A DNA stretch of 64,000 nucleotides from Chloroflexota bacterium (GTDB lineage: Bacteria > Chloroflexota > Dehalococcoidia > Lucifugimonadales > UBA826), in NCBI GenBank assembly GCA_003228105.1, contig QGNN01000001.1, forward strand, positions 6,761-70,760. Reading direction: 5' to 3'. The position numbers and the translations under genes are program-made. This document shows positions 17,853 through 27,535 of the stretch, piece by piece. How positions within the stretch are numbered: position 1 is the first letter of the stretch; each line of letters starts with the position of its first letter. Below the pieces are notes generated by a model. The model made no database searches. It saw only the letters and a list, made by a program, of their open reading frames with translations, and had not been told where the DNA came from.

Positions 17853-18215
17853 GTGACTAGAGTTAGAACTGGTGTAACAAGACGCCGTAGACATAAAAAA
17901 ATATTGGACATGACTAAAGGCCATCAAGGTGTCCGTCATACTCTTTATAGGCGTGCACATGAATCGATGATACACGCCTTGCAGTATTCATATGACCATA
18001 GAAAGAAGAAAAAAAGGGATATGCGGCGTTTATGGAATATCCGAATAAACGCAGCCGCCCGATCGAATGAAATCACATATAGTAAATTGATACACGGACT
18101 AAGATTGGCCGGTATCGATATCAATCGTAAAATGCTGGCCGAGATGGCCGTCAGTAACCCGGAATCGTTCACTGGTGTCGTAGAAAGCGCTAAAATTGCC
18201 CTCGAGGCTGCCTAA
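17853..18215 (+). CDS. rplT: 50S ribosomal protein L20
   Basis: 120 aa, TRVRTGVTRRRRHKKIL...INRKMLAEMA, GTG start after AGGAGA. Confidence 0.9.
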   Translation: MTRVRTGVTRRRRHKKILDMTKGHQGVRHTLYRRAHESMIHALQYSYDHRKKKKRDMRRLWNIRINAAARSNEITYSKLIHGLRLAGIDINRKMLAEMAVSNPESFTGVVESAKIALEAA

Positions 18216-18239
18216 GTAATTAAGTTGGTAAACCTAACT

Positions 18240-18887
18240 TCAGCGGTTTGAAATTTGGATAAGATCCTTGTGTAAATGGTCAGGGTCTATTGGGTTCGTG
18301 TGTACCACTGCAGGTCGACCTTCCCCATTTAATATATAAACGGGGGATGAATGTACAATGTCGTATTTTCGGTCCATCTTACTGCTAAGAGATTCCATGG
18401 CAGATTCTTGCGGATTGAGGTAAAAATTCTTCCAAATAATTCCTAATTCTTTTTCATTTCCACTGAGATAATGCCAATTCGATGAAAGTCCCCACCTATT
18501 TTTGAAGGCAATTCTGGATTCAATGGTGTCTCCTTTTGGGTCAACCGTAATTATTAAGACAGGAGTGTTTCGCGTGTCTTCCGACTTTTCCAAGGATTGC
18601 TTAATGCTTGATGTCACCAACGGACAAAGGCTGGTGCAATTAGCAAATAAAAAAGTGATCAAATGCACTTGGCCTATGTGGGTCTGGTCTGTTACTTCCA
18701 AATTGTTCTCATCAAATAGCGAGAATTTTGATCCGCCATGATTGTTGAGAACTGTTCCGTATAAATCAGACTTATTTTGAAAGTTGCATCCAAGGAGACT
18801 AATAAATGAGAAAACGATTAATAATAGTAGAGTGAGAAACTGAAAACCTTTGCCATTGCGAGGGAAATACCGATCCCTGAGCAACAA
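18240..18887 (-). CDS. SCO1/SenC copper chaperone (thioredoxin fold), probable lipoprotein
   Basis: It carries CTSLCP (the Cx3C copper motif in FANCTSLCP) and a downstream His. Probable TTG start at 18887 gives MLLRDRYFPRNGKGFQFLTLLLLIVFSFISLLGC, a signal peptide with a lipobox. The 306-aa ORF in the track is an upstream read-through overlapping other genes. Confidence 0.7.
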   Translation of the reverse strand: MLLRDRYFPRNGKGFQFLTLLLLIVFSFISLLGCNFQNKSDLYGTVLNNHGGSKFSLFDENNLEVTDQTHIGQVHLITFLFANCTSLCPLVTSSIKQSLEKSEDTRNTPVLIITVDPKGDTIESRIAFKNRWGLSSNWHYLSGNEKELGIIWKNFYLNPQESAMESLSSKMDRKYDIVHSSPVYILNGEGRPAVVHTNPIDPDHLHKDLIQISNR

Positions 18888-18892
18888 AGCTT

Positions 18893-19096
18893 TTATGGAA
18901 ATGTCTTTTTTTCGAGAAGAAAGGCTACTAAAGGAGTAAGAATCAACAGTGCTATCCCAATAGCGATAACTCCAATACTGCCCAAACTGGTGTGGTGATG
19001 TATTTGGTAGAAAATGAAGCCAAGGGTTATGGCAAATACCGCTATCATGGCGAAAGAGGCTAAGGGTACCACTAGAGCTAAGGTGACTTTGTTCAT
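18893..19096 (-). CDS. small two-TM membrane protein, translationally coupled to ctaG
   Basis: 67 aa with two hydrophobic helices. Its start overlaps the ctaG stop by 4 nt. I recognised no homology. Confidence 0.4.
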   Translation of the reverse strand: MNKVTLALVVPLASFAMIAVFAITLGFIFYQIHHHTSLGSIGVIAIGIALLILTPLVAFLLEKKTFP

Positions 19097-19941
19097 TGCA
19101 ACTCCCGTTCTGTAGAATCCTGCTTATTATACGCTGTTTCCTCGGAATTGGAATCTTCATCGAACCATTTGAAGAACGCGATTATGATCAGGAAGAGGAA
19201 GAGGAATCCACTTCCCACTTTCATTATGATTCCCCCAAGTTGCTGATCTACAAGTGGACTTATATTCCAAATTCGTGGAGCATCAATATAGTGTTGATAA
19301 ATTGGTTCTCTAGCAAACGTTATTATTCCAAATACCATAATTTGAGCTAATGACATAACGAAAAGATATAACATTTGGATTGGGTAGGGCAGCTTTGGGA
19401 TAGACTGCACCTGACTGCAAATAGGCCACCACATTACGATAGAGGCGGATATGAAGAGTGAATGCTCTAGGATATGTACCCAGTGATAGGTGACGGAAAG
19501 GCCATAAAGAACTGGTAAATGCCACATTGAAAAAATTATGTTGAATATCACAATGGCCCCGATTGGGTGAAAAACTCTCTTGAAGACTGATATAGACCGT
19601 CTGTGTTGGAAGAGTTTTGAGACCAGCCAGCCAGGCGTCCCCAAAATTAGAAGAGGAGGACATACAAGTGTTATGAGGACATGTTGCAACATGTGGGCAC
19701 TAAACAAGTAATGATCGCTTAATATGTGTAGAGGCGAGGTCAGCGAAAGGAAGATAACGAAGGTGCCCAGGGTAAACATAATAGTCTGACGAGGATTTAT
19801 TTCGGGGGAATCAGCTTGTCTTTTTCGGTATGGGCCGATTCCATATAGGTAGGCGCATTGGACCAAAATCAAACCGAGTACAATCTCTAAATGAGGGTGC
19901 CAGTGCAACCATATTGAGTCAGAAAAACCTAAAAACGACAT
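19093..19941 (-). CDS. ctaG: cytochrome c oxidase assembly factor CtaG (caa3 type)
   Basis: 282 aa polytopic protein. SAHMLQHVLITLVCPPLLILGTP matches the Bacillus-type CtaG signature. Confidence 0.75.
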   Translation of the reverse strand: MSFLGFSDSIWLHWHPHLEIVLGLILVQCAYLYGIGPYRKRQADSPEINPRQTIMFTLGTFVIFLSLTSPLHILSDHYLFSAHMLQHVLITLVCPPLLILGTPGWLVSKLFQHRRSISVFKRVFHPIGAIVIFNIIFSMWHLPVLYGLSVTYHWVHILEHSLFISASIVMWWPICSQVQSIPKLPYPIQMLYLFVMSLAQIMVFGIITFAREPIYQHYIDAPRIWNISPLVDQQLGGIIMKVGSGFLFLFLIIIAFFKWFDEDSNSEETAYNKQDSTERELQ

Positions 19942-19977
19942 GCGTGTAATTTGGTGTTTGGTTTCAGTTTAACGAGG

Positions 19978-20283
19978 TTAGGAATACACGCCAAAAAGCA
20001 GTAGTAGAAAACTAATTACACATGCAGCTAGTATGAAGCCGGCGACAAACATGTATGTAAAAAGTTTGTGATCGAATTTCAAATGCATGTAATACATAGC
20101 AACCAAAGCGAACTTAAAGGCGGACAATGTGAACAATATAGGAATCATCCAGTGTCCTAGGAACTCAAGATAGAAAATGCCAACTTCTACGGCTGTTATA
20201 GCACATAAAATTACTGCTATGCGAAAATATTGCCCAGCTGTTGGATGTCCTGTGTGTTCCTTTGCAGAAAGTTCCTGACTCAT
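19978..20283 (-). CDS. ctaF: cytochrome c oxidase subunit IV (prokaryotic COX4 family)
   Basis: ATG 20283 follows GGGAGAT. The product MSQELSAKEH... has three TM segments ending in YYMHLKFD. The longer track ORF overlaps ctaE. Confidence 0.7.
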   Translation of the reverse strand: MSQELSAKEHTGHPTAGQYFRIAVILCAITAVEVGIFYLEFLGHWMIPILFTLSAFKFALVAMYYMHLKFDHKLFTYMFVAGFILAACVISFLLLLFGVYS

Positions 20284-20303
20284 ATTATCTCCCAATGTAC
20301 CAT

Positions 20304-21029
20304 TTAGAAACCCGGAAATACCCCAAACAAGTATACGACTGTGAATATGACTATCCATACAACGTCGACGAAGTGCCAATATAGTGCTGCTAAGTCCACG
20401 TCCAAATTCTTCTCTGGGGTAATGACACCTTTCTTAAATGATAAAAGTAATAGCGAAAGGAGCCAGACTATTCCCAAAGTAACGTGAGCACCGTGAAAAC
20501 CCGTTAGAGTGTAGAAAGTTGTTCCAAAAAGATTTGTTTGAGGCTTTAACCCTTCATGACTTTCTGCATGGGCTTCACCAGAAGCACAACCTTCATCAAA
20601 GATATGTTGTTCGTATTTGGTCAATTCTCCTGGGTTAACACAGTCAACCTCTACATGGTGGTTCGCAAAGCTGCTGAACTCATAAACTTGAAATCCGATA
20701 AAGGTTGCACCCATTATTGCGGTGGATACCATCCATATTCTGAAACCCTTCATGTTGTTTTTTGTTAAGGCCGAGTAAGCAAGTACCATACTCATACTAC
20801 TCATTAGAAGCACGAAAGTACTAATGGAAGTAACGGGTATATCAAACACATCTATAGGTAAAGGGCCCTCTAAACTTTTGCCTTGATATACCAAATATGT
20901 TGCGATCAAGGAACCAAAAAACATGCAGTCTGAACCAAGAAATGCCCACATGAGCATTTTCCGATGGTTCAGACCGGTTGTGGTACCTTCATCTTCCCCG
21001 TGTATTGGAGCTGCGTGTTCCTGTGCCAA
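20304..21029 (-). CDS. ctaE: cytochrome c oxidase subunit III
   Basis: WAFLGSDCMFFGSLIATY, FHGAHVTLG and YWHFVDVVW are present. TTG 21029 follows AAGGAAGG by 7 nt. The alternative ATG 21071 has no RBS and overlaps ctaD by 29 nt. Confidence 0.85.
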   Translation of the reverse strand: MAQEHAAPIHGEDEGTTTGLNHRKMLMWAFLGSDCMFFGSLIATYLVYQGKSLEGPLPIDVFDIPVTSISTFVLLMSSMSMVLAYSALTKNNMKGFRIWMVSTAIMGATFIGFQVYEFSSFANHHVEVDCVNPGELTKYEQHIFDEGCASGEAHAESHEGLKPQTNLFGTTFYTLTGFHGAHVTLGIVWLLSLLLLSFKKGVITPEKNLDVDLAALYWHFVDVVWIVIFTVVYLFGVFPGF

Positions 21030-21042
21030 TTGAGAACCTTCC

Positions 21043-22899
21043 TTAATTAGTAGAGTCTTCTTCAGGATCATTTACGGGTTCAAGAGACCACGAATATACC
21101 CCGATAAATCCTATTGTTAATCCGACTGCAGCCAAGGCCCAAGGAATTAACAGGTCGTTGAAGACGACCCCGTATGCTGCAATAAATAGTCCAAATGCTG
21201 CAACTATAGGCCAATAAGAAGGTTGGGGCAGGTGAATTTCATGACCTTCATTTCCTGAACCGCCACTTGCTGGTACTTCTTTATAGTCTAAACCTTGCTT
21301 AGTTTCCCACCAATCGTCAAGCGATCGAACGATTGGAATTTTTTCAAAGTTATATTCTGGCGGCGGTGACGGTATGGACCATTCCAAGGTTCTTGCGTCC
21401 CATGGATCTGCTGGAGCTGGTTCGCCGTTTTTCCAGTGTCTTCCTATGTTAACTACAACTAGAAGGAATCCGATTATTAATATGAATACTCCGCCTGTAG
21501 ACACACCGTTCCAAAATTCCCATCCCATTCCTTCGACATAGGTATAAATTCTACGTGGCATTCCATCTAGGCCAACAAAATGCATTGGGAAGAAAGTCAC
21601 ATTCTGCCCCAACATTATTAGCCAAAAGGAGATCTTGCCTTGACGCTCACTGTACATTTTCCCGGAATATTTGGGAAACCAGTAAAAAATACCGGATAGA
21701 ATGGCCATTATTGCCCCACCAAACAACACGTAGTGTATGTGAGCGGGTACGAAATATGTGTCTTGTTGTTGGGCGTCATGGGCCGATACGGCGTGCATAA
21801 CCCCACTAATACCACCCAATAGGAACATGGCAATAAAACCCAAAGAGAAAAGCATTGGGGTGTTGAACCTGATTGAGCCACCCCATATCGTTCCGATCCA
21901 ATTGAAAACTTTTATTCCTGTGGGGACGGCAATCAACATAGTTGTCACCGTGAAAACTGCATTTGCAACAGCGCCAAGTCCCACCGTAAACATGTGATGG
22001 CTCCATACCATCCAACCCATGAAGGCTATGATTGCTCCTGCCAAAACTACTGTTTTGTACCCAAACAAAGGCTTTTTGGAGAATACGGGGAGCACTTCAG
22101 AAACAATGCCCATCGCTGGCAGGATAAGAATATACACTTCCGGATGCCCAAAAACCCAAAAAAGGTGCTGCCATAAAACAACACTCCCTCCGTTGGCGAC
22201 ATTAAAGAAATTGAACATGAAATACCTGTCAAATGTAAGTTCAATTAATGCAACTGTGATAACTGGGAAAGCCAACACTAAAAGAATTGCAGTGAGGAAA
22301 CTCATCCAAGTGAATAAAGGTAGCCGCATCATCGTCATCCCTGGAGCTCGCATGTTAATTATAGTCACAATAAAGTTAAATGAAGCCGCTAGAGAAGCTA
22401 TACCTAGTACTTGTAAGCTGATTATCCAAAAGTCGATACCAGTGCCAGGATTTTGGGCAACCGAAGTAAGCGGTGCATATCCAAACCAACCGGCATCTGT
22501 AGCACCACCAATCCAACTAAGCTTTAGCATCAAGGCCCCCCCAAGGAAAGTCCAATAGCTAAAAGCATTTAGTCTAGGGAAGGCGACATCACGGGCTCCT
22601 ATTTGCAGGGGTATAACGAAGTTAAAGAAGGCCGCTGAAAGAGGCATAACGGCGAGGAATATCATTGTAGTACCATGCATCGTGAACAGCTGGTTGTAAA
22701 CAGCTGCACTCACTATGTCTAACTCTGGACCAGCTAATTGTAGCCGCATCAAGGTTGCTTCTATGCCTCCAGAAAGAAACATTATGAAGGCGGTTACTCC
22801 ATACAAAATACCGATTCTTTTGTGATCGATCGTGGTGATCCAATTCCAGATACCAGTCGGATGGACTGGCCTTGGTATTGATATTGGAAATGTACTCAC
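21043..22899 (-). CDS. ctaD: cytochrome c oxidase subunit I
   Basis: 618 aa. WVFGHPEVYILILP, HHMFTVG and VPAHIHYVL heme/CuB ligand motifs are present. Confidence 0.95.
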   Translation of the reverse strand: MSTFPISIPRPVHPTGIWNWITTIDHKRIGILYGVTAFIMFLSGGIEATLMRLQLAGPELDIVSAAVYNQLFTMHGTTMIFLAVMPLSAAFFNFVIPLQIGARDVAFPRLNAFSYWTFLGGALMLKLSWIGGATDAGWFGYAPLTSVAQNPGTGIDFWIISLQVLGIASLAASFNFIVTIINMRAPGMTMMRLPLFTWMSFLTAILLVLAFPVITVALIELTFDRYFMFNFFNVANGGSVVLWQHLFWVFGHPEVYILILPAMGIVSEVLPVFSKKPLFGYKTVVLAGAIIAFMGWMVWSHHMFTVGLGAVANAVFTVTTMLIAVPTGIKVFNWIGTIWGGSIRFNTPMLFSLGFIAMFLLGGISGVMHAVSAHDAQQQDTYFVPAHIHYVLFGGAIMAILSGIFYWFPKYSGKMYSERQGKISFWLIMLGQNVTFFPMHFVGLDGMPRRIYTYVEGMGWEFWNGVSTGGVFILIIGFLLVVVNIGRHWKNGEPAPADPWDARTLEWSIPSPPPEYNFEKIPIVRSLDDWWETKQGLDYKEVPASGGSGNEGHEIHLPQPSYWPIVAAFGLFIAAYGVVFNDLLIPWALAAVGLTIGFIGVYSWSLEPVNDPEEDSTN

Positions 22900-22945
22900 T
22901 TAGTGGCCTCCAACTCGATTCGGCAGCATAATTTTCTATTCATGG

Positions 22946-24073
22946 TTATTTTAATGACGACAGATAGTGGACTAGTTGAGATATCTGTTCCTCTGTTAAC
23001 TTTTTATCTGGGTTTGTGTATACCTGAGCACCACTTGACATCAGGTTACCCGGTTTTACCTCAGCAGGATTTTCCAACCAAGTTCTGAGGTTTTTCTGTA
23101 AAAGGGCATCATTAACTGAACCATTTTCATCAGAATTTCTCAACATTCCAGCGGCAAGATCCCTTCTAGATCCCACATGAGCCAAATTAGGGCCAACCCT
23201 TCCTTTTGAGCCTTTATTTACTACTGTTTTTATAGAATGACATCCAGTGCATCCTGCACTCTTGAACACTCCGGCACCTTCCTGTACCAGCGGGTCGGAT
23301 GATTCCAATGCGGGATTGGACTGTGCTTGTAACCAAGACTTGAAGTCGGGTTCAGGCACGGCAATCACTTTAAATTTCATGTTTGCATGTGAGGTGCCAC
23401 AGTATTCCGCGCACTGCCCGTAATATTCTCCCGGTTCATCAGCTTGAAACCACATGAAATTTCCCTCGGATGGAACCATGTCGGTTTTGCCTGCCAATTT
23501 AGGTACCCAGAAACTGTGTATGACATCTACTGACTCTAAATTTATTGCAACTGGATATCCCACAGGTATATAAACTTCATTTGCAGTAACTATTTCTTTC
23601 TCTGAGTTAGTTGGATCTGGATATCTGACTTCAAACCACCATTGATGACCTATCGCTTCTAAGGTGTGTTCTGGTTTAGTGGTTTTGGGAGCTTCATACA
23701 TATAAAAAAGTGTCTGAATTGTTGGGACCATGAGAATTATGAGCAACACGGCAGGTATAGCTGTCCATATAATTTCTAATTTATGGTTGCCTTGTGTCTG
23801 GACTGGTATGTCTGATTCGTTTTTAACCCTAAATTTAAAAATAGCGTATATAAGTGCAGCTTCAACTAGTACAAAGACTATAAATCCACCAATTAATATC
23901 CACCAAAAAACTTCGAGTTGTTTTAAAGCAACCGGGCCTTGTGGATCAAAAGTTGATTGATTGTGGTCAGGATAGCAAGCTGTCAGCAATAAAGTAAGAA
24001 GGGCTAGGGAAAGAAGAAAAGCAGTCTTGGGAATTTTGTTAAATCGAATTAATTTTGTGTTGCTAGAGTGCAT
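22946..24073 (-). CDS. ctaC: cytochrome c oxidase subunit II with fused C-terminal cytochrome c domain (caa3 type)
   Basis: Contains the lipobox LLTAC, the CuA site HSFWVP...CAEYCGTSHANM and a C-terminal CTGCHS heme c motif. Confidence 0.9.
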   Translation of the reverse strand: MHSSNTKLIRFNKIPKTAFLLSLALLTLLLTACYPDHNQSTFDPQGPVALKQLEVFWWILIGGFIVFVLVEAALIYAIFKFRVKNESDIPVQTQGNHKLEIIWTAIPAVLLIILMVPTIQTLFYMYEAPKTTKPEHTLEAIGHQWWFEVRYPDPTNSEKEIVTANEVYIPVGYPVAINLESVDVIHSFWVPKLAGKTDMVPSEGNFMWFQADEPGEYYGQCAEYCGTSHANMKFKVIAVPEPDFKSWLQAQSNPALESSDPLVQEGAGVFKSAGCTGCHSIKTVVNKGSKGRVGPNLAHVGSRRDLAAGMLRNSDENGSVNDALLQKNLRTWLENPAEVKPGNLMSSGAQVYTNPDKKLTEEQISQLVHYLSSLK

Positions 24074-24192
24074 TTAAAACCTTATGTTAATCTCATTCCA
24101 AACCAATTGGAAAATCTATCAAACTATGGGCACCCTCGTCAAGCTGATTGACGTATAAAAATACTGTTTATTTATTTTCATTATAAAATGCG

Positions 24193-25056
24193 TTATCCGG
24201 AAATAAAACTTTCGACCACCATAACCACGAAAAGAAGTGCGAGATAAGCCATGGAATATAAATATATCGGCATGGCTAATTCGATTGAGTCCCTGCGTTT
24301 TAGCAACCAAGTTGACCCTATGAAACCTGCTGATAACACAATAGCAGAAATCCCAAAAATAATTCCTAGTTCCTCTACAAAATATACTGTTGCAACCAGC
24401 AGAGCTAGCAATATCCACGTGTAAACAAATATTTGAGTCTTGGTTGCGGGCACTCCTGAAACCACCGGCAGCATGGGTATGCCCGCGTTAGCATAATCAT
24501 CTTTTAAGATAAGAGAAAGTGCCCAAAAATGAGGAGGCGTCCAAAAAAACACTATCAGAAACAAGAAAAGTGGAGCAGGGTCTAAAATATTACCTGTCAC
24601 CGCTGCCCAGCCGACCATTGGAGGTATGGACCCAGCCGCTCCCCCTATCACAATGTTTTGAGAAGTGATTCTTTTAAGGAACATGGTATAAACAAAAATA
24701 TAGAACAGTGTGGCCGATAGCGTAAGTACGGCGCTCAACAAATTGGCGTAATAATACAAAAGGCCGAAAGCTATTAAGTTTAATATAATGCCAAAAATCA
24801 ACGCTTTTGCAGGTGCCACTGAACCTGATGCCACAGGTCTGTTGGTTGTCCTTTTCATCTTTACATCTATGTCTCGATCCCAGAAATGATTTAGAGAATT
24901 GGCACCACCTGCCGCTAGGCTACCACCTACCAATACTGCTGTTGTAATCATAAGATCAGGAAACCCGCCTGAAGCTAGGAACAACCCACCTAAAGCAGTT
25001 ATTAACAGCAGGACAATAATTTTTGGTTTTGTTAAAGCTATATAAGAAGAAATCAT
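24193..25056 (-). CDS. ctaB: protoheme IX farnesyltransferase (heme O synthase)
   Basis: 287 aa UbiA-family protein with NHFWDRDIDVKMKRTTNRP. Confidence 0.9.
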   Translation of the reverse strand: MISSYIALTKPKIIVLLLITALGGLFLASGGFPDLMITTAVLVGGSLAAGGANSLNHFWDRDIDVKMKRTTNRPVASGSVAPAKALIFGIILNLIAFGLLYYYANLLSAVLTLSATLFYIFVYTMFLKRITSQNIVIGGAAGSIPPMVGWAAVTGNILDPAPLFLFLIVFFWTPPHFWALSLILKDDYANAGIPMLPVVSGVPATKTQIFVYTWILLALLVATVYFVEELGIIFGISAIVLSAGFIGSTWLLKRRDSIELAMPIYLYSMAYLALLFVVMVVESFISG

Positions 25057-25995
25057 TCACTTATCTTTTGAATACGCAGGTTTATATTGGGTTATGCAAC
25101 TGACCATATATATCGTAGCTATCCATACTAAAGTGGCCAAAGCCAAATGAATAGTCTTCAGTGCAGGATTAAAACCGCCCCATACCAAAATTGCCCCGAG
25201 CACAATTTGTAAAAGCAGACTGTGGATTAAGGTCATGGAGACACGTTTCACAGCTGGGATATGCCCATCATTTTTGATGAAAGACCAAACAATAAAAGCT
25301 GCTATTAAAACCATTAAGCCTGCTATATACCTGTGCCCCATATGGATCGCATATATTGCTCCGCCGGGAAACAAATCACCTCTACATAACGGCCATGTTG
25401 AGCAGGCAGAACCTGCTCCAGCGCCAACCATGTAAGATCCCGAGATTATCAATAGGAAAAGGCCTACAGAAATCACCCATAGTTTTTTCCTCCAATTTGG
25501 CGTTGCGATCCCTTTAGTATCCAAGCTAGATGATTTGTTAGTGTAAAAAGTCAACCCGACTATAGCAGTGACGGATCCTATCAATAATTCAGCAAGTGAA
25601 AGATGAATTAATCTTATCCACCATACCAATTCAGTTAAGACTGTTATTCCTCCGAGTACGGCAACACATAAGACAAGTCCTAGGGCAGCCCCAGCAAGGC
25701 GAATAACAATTTTTTCTTCCCTAAACCGAAACCAGCATAATAGGGAAAGTGTTCCTACAAAAACCATTAACAAAGATGCATTTAGGCGGTGGGAATATTC
25801 AACAAGGGTATGAAATTCAAAAGGAGGTATTAATTGTCCATGGCATAGCGGCCAATCTGGGCATCCCAACCCTGACTCACTGGATCTCACATATCCCCCC
25901 AAGGTCACCTGGCTGAAAGCAGATAGCAATGTGATAATTGCTAGCCATTTAAGGGTGTTCCAAGGTTTAGATTCCGGTGTAGATATCCTTTTCAA
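25057..25995 (-). CDS. ctaA: heme A synthase (COX15/CtaA)
   Basis: 312 aa, 8 TM segments, GCPDWPLCHG and conserved His-containing helices (EYSHR, HMGHR). TTG start with no obvious SD. Confidence 0.85.
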   Translation of the reverse strand: MKRISTPESKPWNTLKWLAIITLLSAFSQVTLGGYVRSSESGLGCPDWPLCHGQLIPPFEFHTLVEYSHRLNASLLMVFVGTLSLLCWFRFREEKIVIRLAGAALGLVLCVAVLGGITVLTELVWWIRLIHLSLAELLIGSVTAIVGLTFYTNKSSSLDTKGIATPNWRKKLWVISVGLFLLIISGSYMVGAGAGSACSTWPLCRGDLFPGGAIYAIHMGHRYIAGLMVLIAAFIVWSFIKNDGHIPAVKRVSMTLIHSLLLQIVLGAILVWGGFNPALKTIHLALATLVWIATIYMVSCITQYKPAYSKDK

Positions 25996-26147
25996 TAAGG
26001 AGGTTAACCTCTTTTAATCCGCAGCTATGGTATCCGGATTAACACTATGTGCTTTTTTTCACTTATTAACCGTAGCATATCAGTTTTGAGGGGTCAAAAA
26101 ATCTAACCGTCCTAATACTATTTGTTAATTACTATGTCTAATGTATA

Positions 26148-26177
26148 TTGCTCTATTTTGTAAAAAGTCTCTAAAAT
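26148..26177 (+). promoter_or_regulatory. possible promoter of tRNA-Pro
   Basis: TTGCTC, 18 nt, then TAAAAT, ending 12 nt upstream of the tRNA 5' end. Weak, by eye only. Confidence 0.25.
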
Positions 26178-26189
26178 TGATTTGAATAT

Positions 26190-26265
26190 CGGGGCGTAGC
26201 GCAGTTGGTAGCGCGCCACGTTCGGGACGTGGAGGTCGCTGGTTCGAGTCCAGTCGCCCCGACCA
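26190..26265 (+). tRNA. tRNA-Pro (anticodon CGG), 3' CCA encoded
   Basis: Cloverleaf read by hand: acceptor CGGGGCG/CGCCCCG, D arm GCGC-agttggta-GCGC, anticodon arm CCACG-ttCGGga-CGTGG, variable loop aggtc, T arm GCTGG-ttcgagt-CCAGT, discriminator A, then CCA. Confidence 0.9.
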
Positions 26266-26312
26266 TTTCCTTAGCAATCCTATAAACTTGGAAGTCATGG
26301 GTAACTCCTATA

Positions 26313-27533
26313 GTGTCAAAAAATGAACTGTCTCGATCCAAACTGGGTATTGTTTCATGGGTCGTTTATGACATGGGGAATACGTTGTTTTCGGCTGGTG
26401 TCGTTGGTCTGAGATTTCCGCTATGGTTGACCAGAGATATGGCAGGAAATGACGGCACATTTGGATTTTCGCTTTCTATATCAATGGTCATTGTGTTTAT
26501 ACTTTCACCTATTGTCGGCACAATTTCTGATGTCACCAAACGTAAAATGCCATTTTTACTTTTCACTACTGTGGTCGCTGTTTTTGCCACAGCATTAATT
26601 GGTGTATTCAACTATGAAACTTCGATAGTTCTTTTTTGTGCTGCCGTCATTTTGATTCATTTAGCCAATATCTTTTATAACGCGTTGTTGGCAGACATAA
26701 CTACGGAATCAAATGTTGGATATATTGGAGGGTTAGGGGTTGGGATTGGTTATTTCGGTGCTATTTTAGCTGTAGTTTGTGGGTTGTTGTTTTATGATTC
26801 TGAAGGGCCTGTTTTTTTATTCAAATTAATGGCCCTATTGATGTTTCTTTTAGTCCTACCTCTGTTTTTATCTGGGCGCTATTTTATAGGAAATACCGAA
26901 ATTACTGAGTTTCGATCAGTTTTGTTAAGGGCCTTAAGACAGGCTTTCTTGTCTCTATGGCAGGCCAGAAAGAAAAAAGTTTGGGCAATGTTTCTCTTTG
27001 CGCGTTTTTGGTATTTTTCCAGCATATATGCTGGTTCAGTATTTGCTGTTCTGTATGGAGTCGAAACCGTCGATTTGTCAGAGAGAGAAGTTCAATTGAT
27101 ATTAGCCGTGGGTATTATATTTGGTATTCCGAGTGGTGCCGTCTGGGGATTCTTGGTGGATAAGTACGGTTCTTTTTTGAATTTGAAAATTAATGTTATG
27201 GCTTGGTTTTTGATATTGGGATTGGCTGCGCTTCTGCCAGTCTTTGATCTCCCGGGAGAGCTGTGGTGGGTTGTAGGGGTGATGAGTGGTGTATTCATGG
27301 CGGGTCTATACGTGTCAGAAAGACCGTTTGTTCTTTCCATGTCTGCTTCCGATACCGTCTCGGAATATTTTGCAGTGTATAACATGGTTGGTAGGCTCGC
27401 GGCTATTACAGGGCCTTTTGCGTGGGGTTACATATCATCAACTTTAGGATGGGGGCAAGTGGCCTCTATCACTTGGTTAAGTATATGCTCACTTATAGGA
27501 TTCCTAATATTGGCTTGTACCAAGGCGGAGTGA
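26313..27533 (+). CDS. MFS transporter (UMF1/Atg22-like family)
   Basis: 406 aa, about 12 TM segments, N-terminal WVVYDMGNTLFS pattern typical of the UMF1 family. GTG start. Confidence 0.55.
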   Translation: MSKNELSRSKLGIVSWVVYDMGNTLFSAGVVGLRFPLWLTRDMAGNDGTFGFSLSISMVIVFILSPIVGTISDVTKRKMPFLLFTTVVAVFATALIGVFNYETSIVLFCAAVILIHLANIFYNALLADITTESNVGYIGGLGVGIGYFGAILAVVCGLLFYDSEGPVFLFKLMALLMFLLVLPLFLSGRYFIGNTEITEFRSVLLRALRQAFLSLWQARKKKVWAMFLFARFWYFSSIYAGSVFAVLYGVETVDLSEREVQLILAVGIIFGIPSGAVWGFLVDKYGSFLNLKINVMAWFLILGLAALLPVFDLPGELWWVVGVMSGVFMAGLYVSERPFVLSMSASDTVSEYFAVYNMVGRLAAITGPFAWGYISSTLGWGQVASITWLSICSLIGFLILACTKAE

Positions 27534-27535
27534 AT

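Noticed and set aside
18888-19160. Upstream 90 codons of the 306-aa ORF assigned to SCO1
   Set aside because: This stretch overlaps ctaG and the 67-aa ORF in other frames and shows no SCO1 homology. A TTG at 18887 yields a canonical lipoprotein signal.
22019-22558. 179-aa plus-strand ORF, plus neighbours at 21555-22176
   Set aside because: They are antisense to ctaD (cytochrome oxidase subunit I), which is highly conserved. These are shadow ORFs.
25997-26086. Strong plus-strand AAGGAGG at 25997-26003, a 20-codon ORF from ATG 26024, and the TTAATCCG/CGGATTAA inverted repeat (26014-26042)
   Set aside because: The ATG is 20 nt from the SD-like sequence, which is too far. The peptide has no recognisable features. 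The inverted repeat is short and AT-rich, and it sits in the ctaA 5' region. The evidence is insufficient for a gene or an operator.
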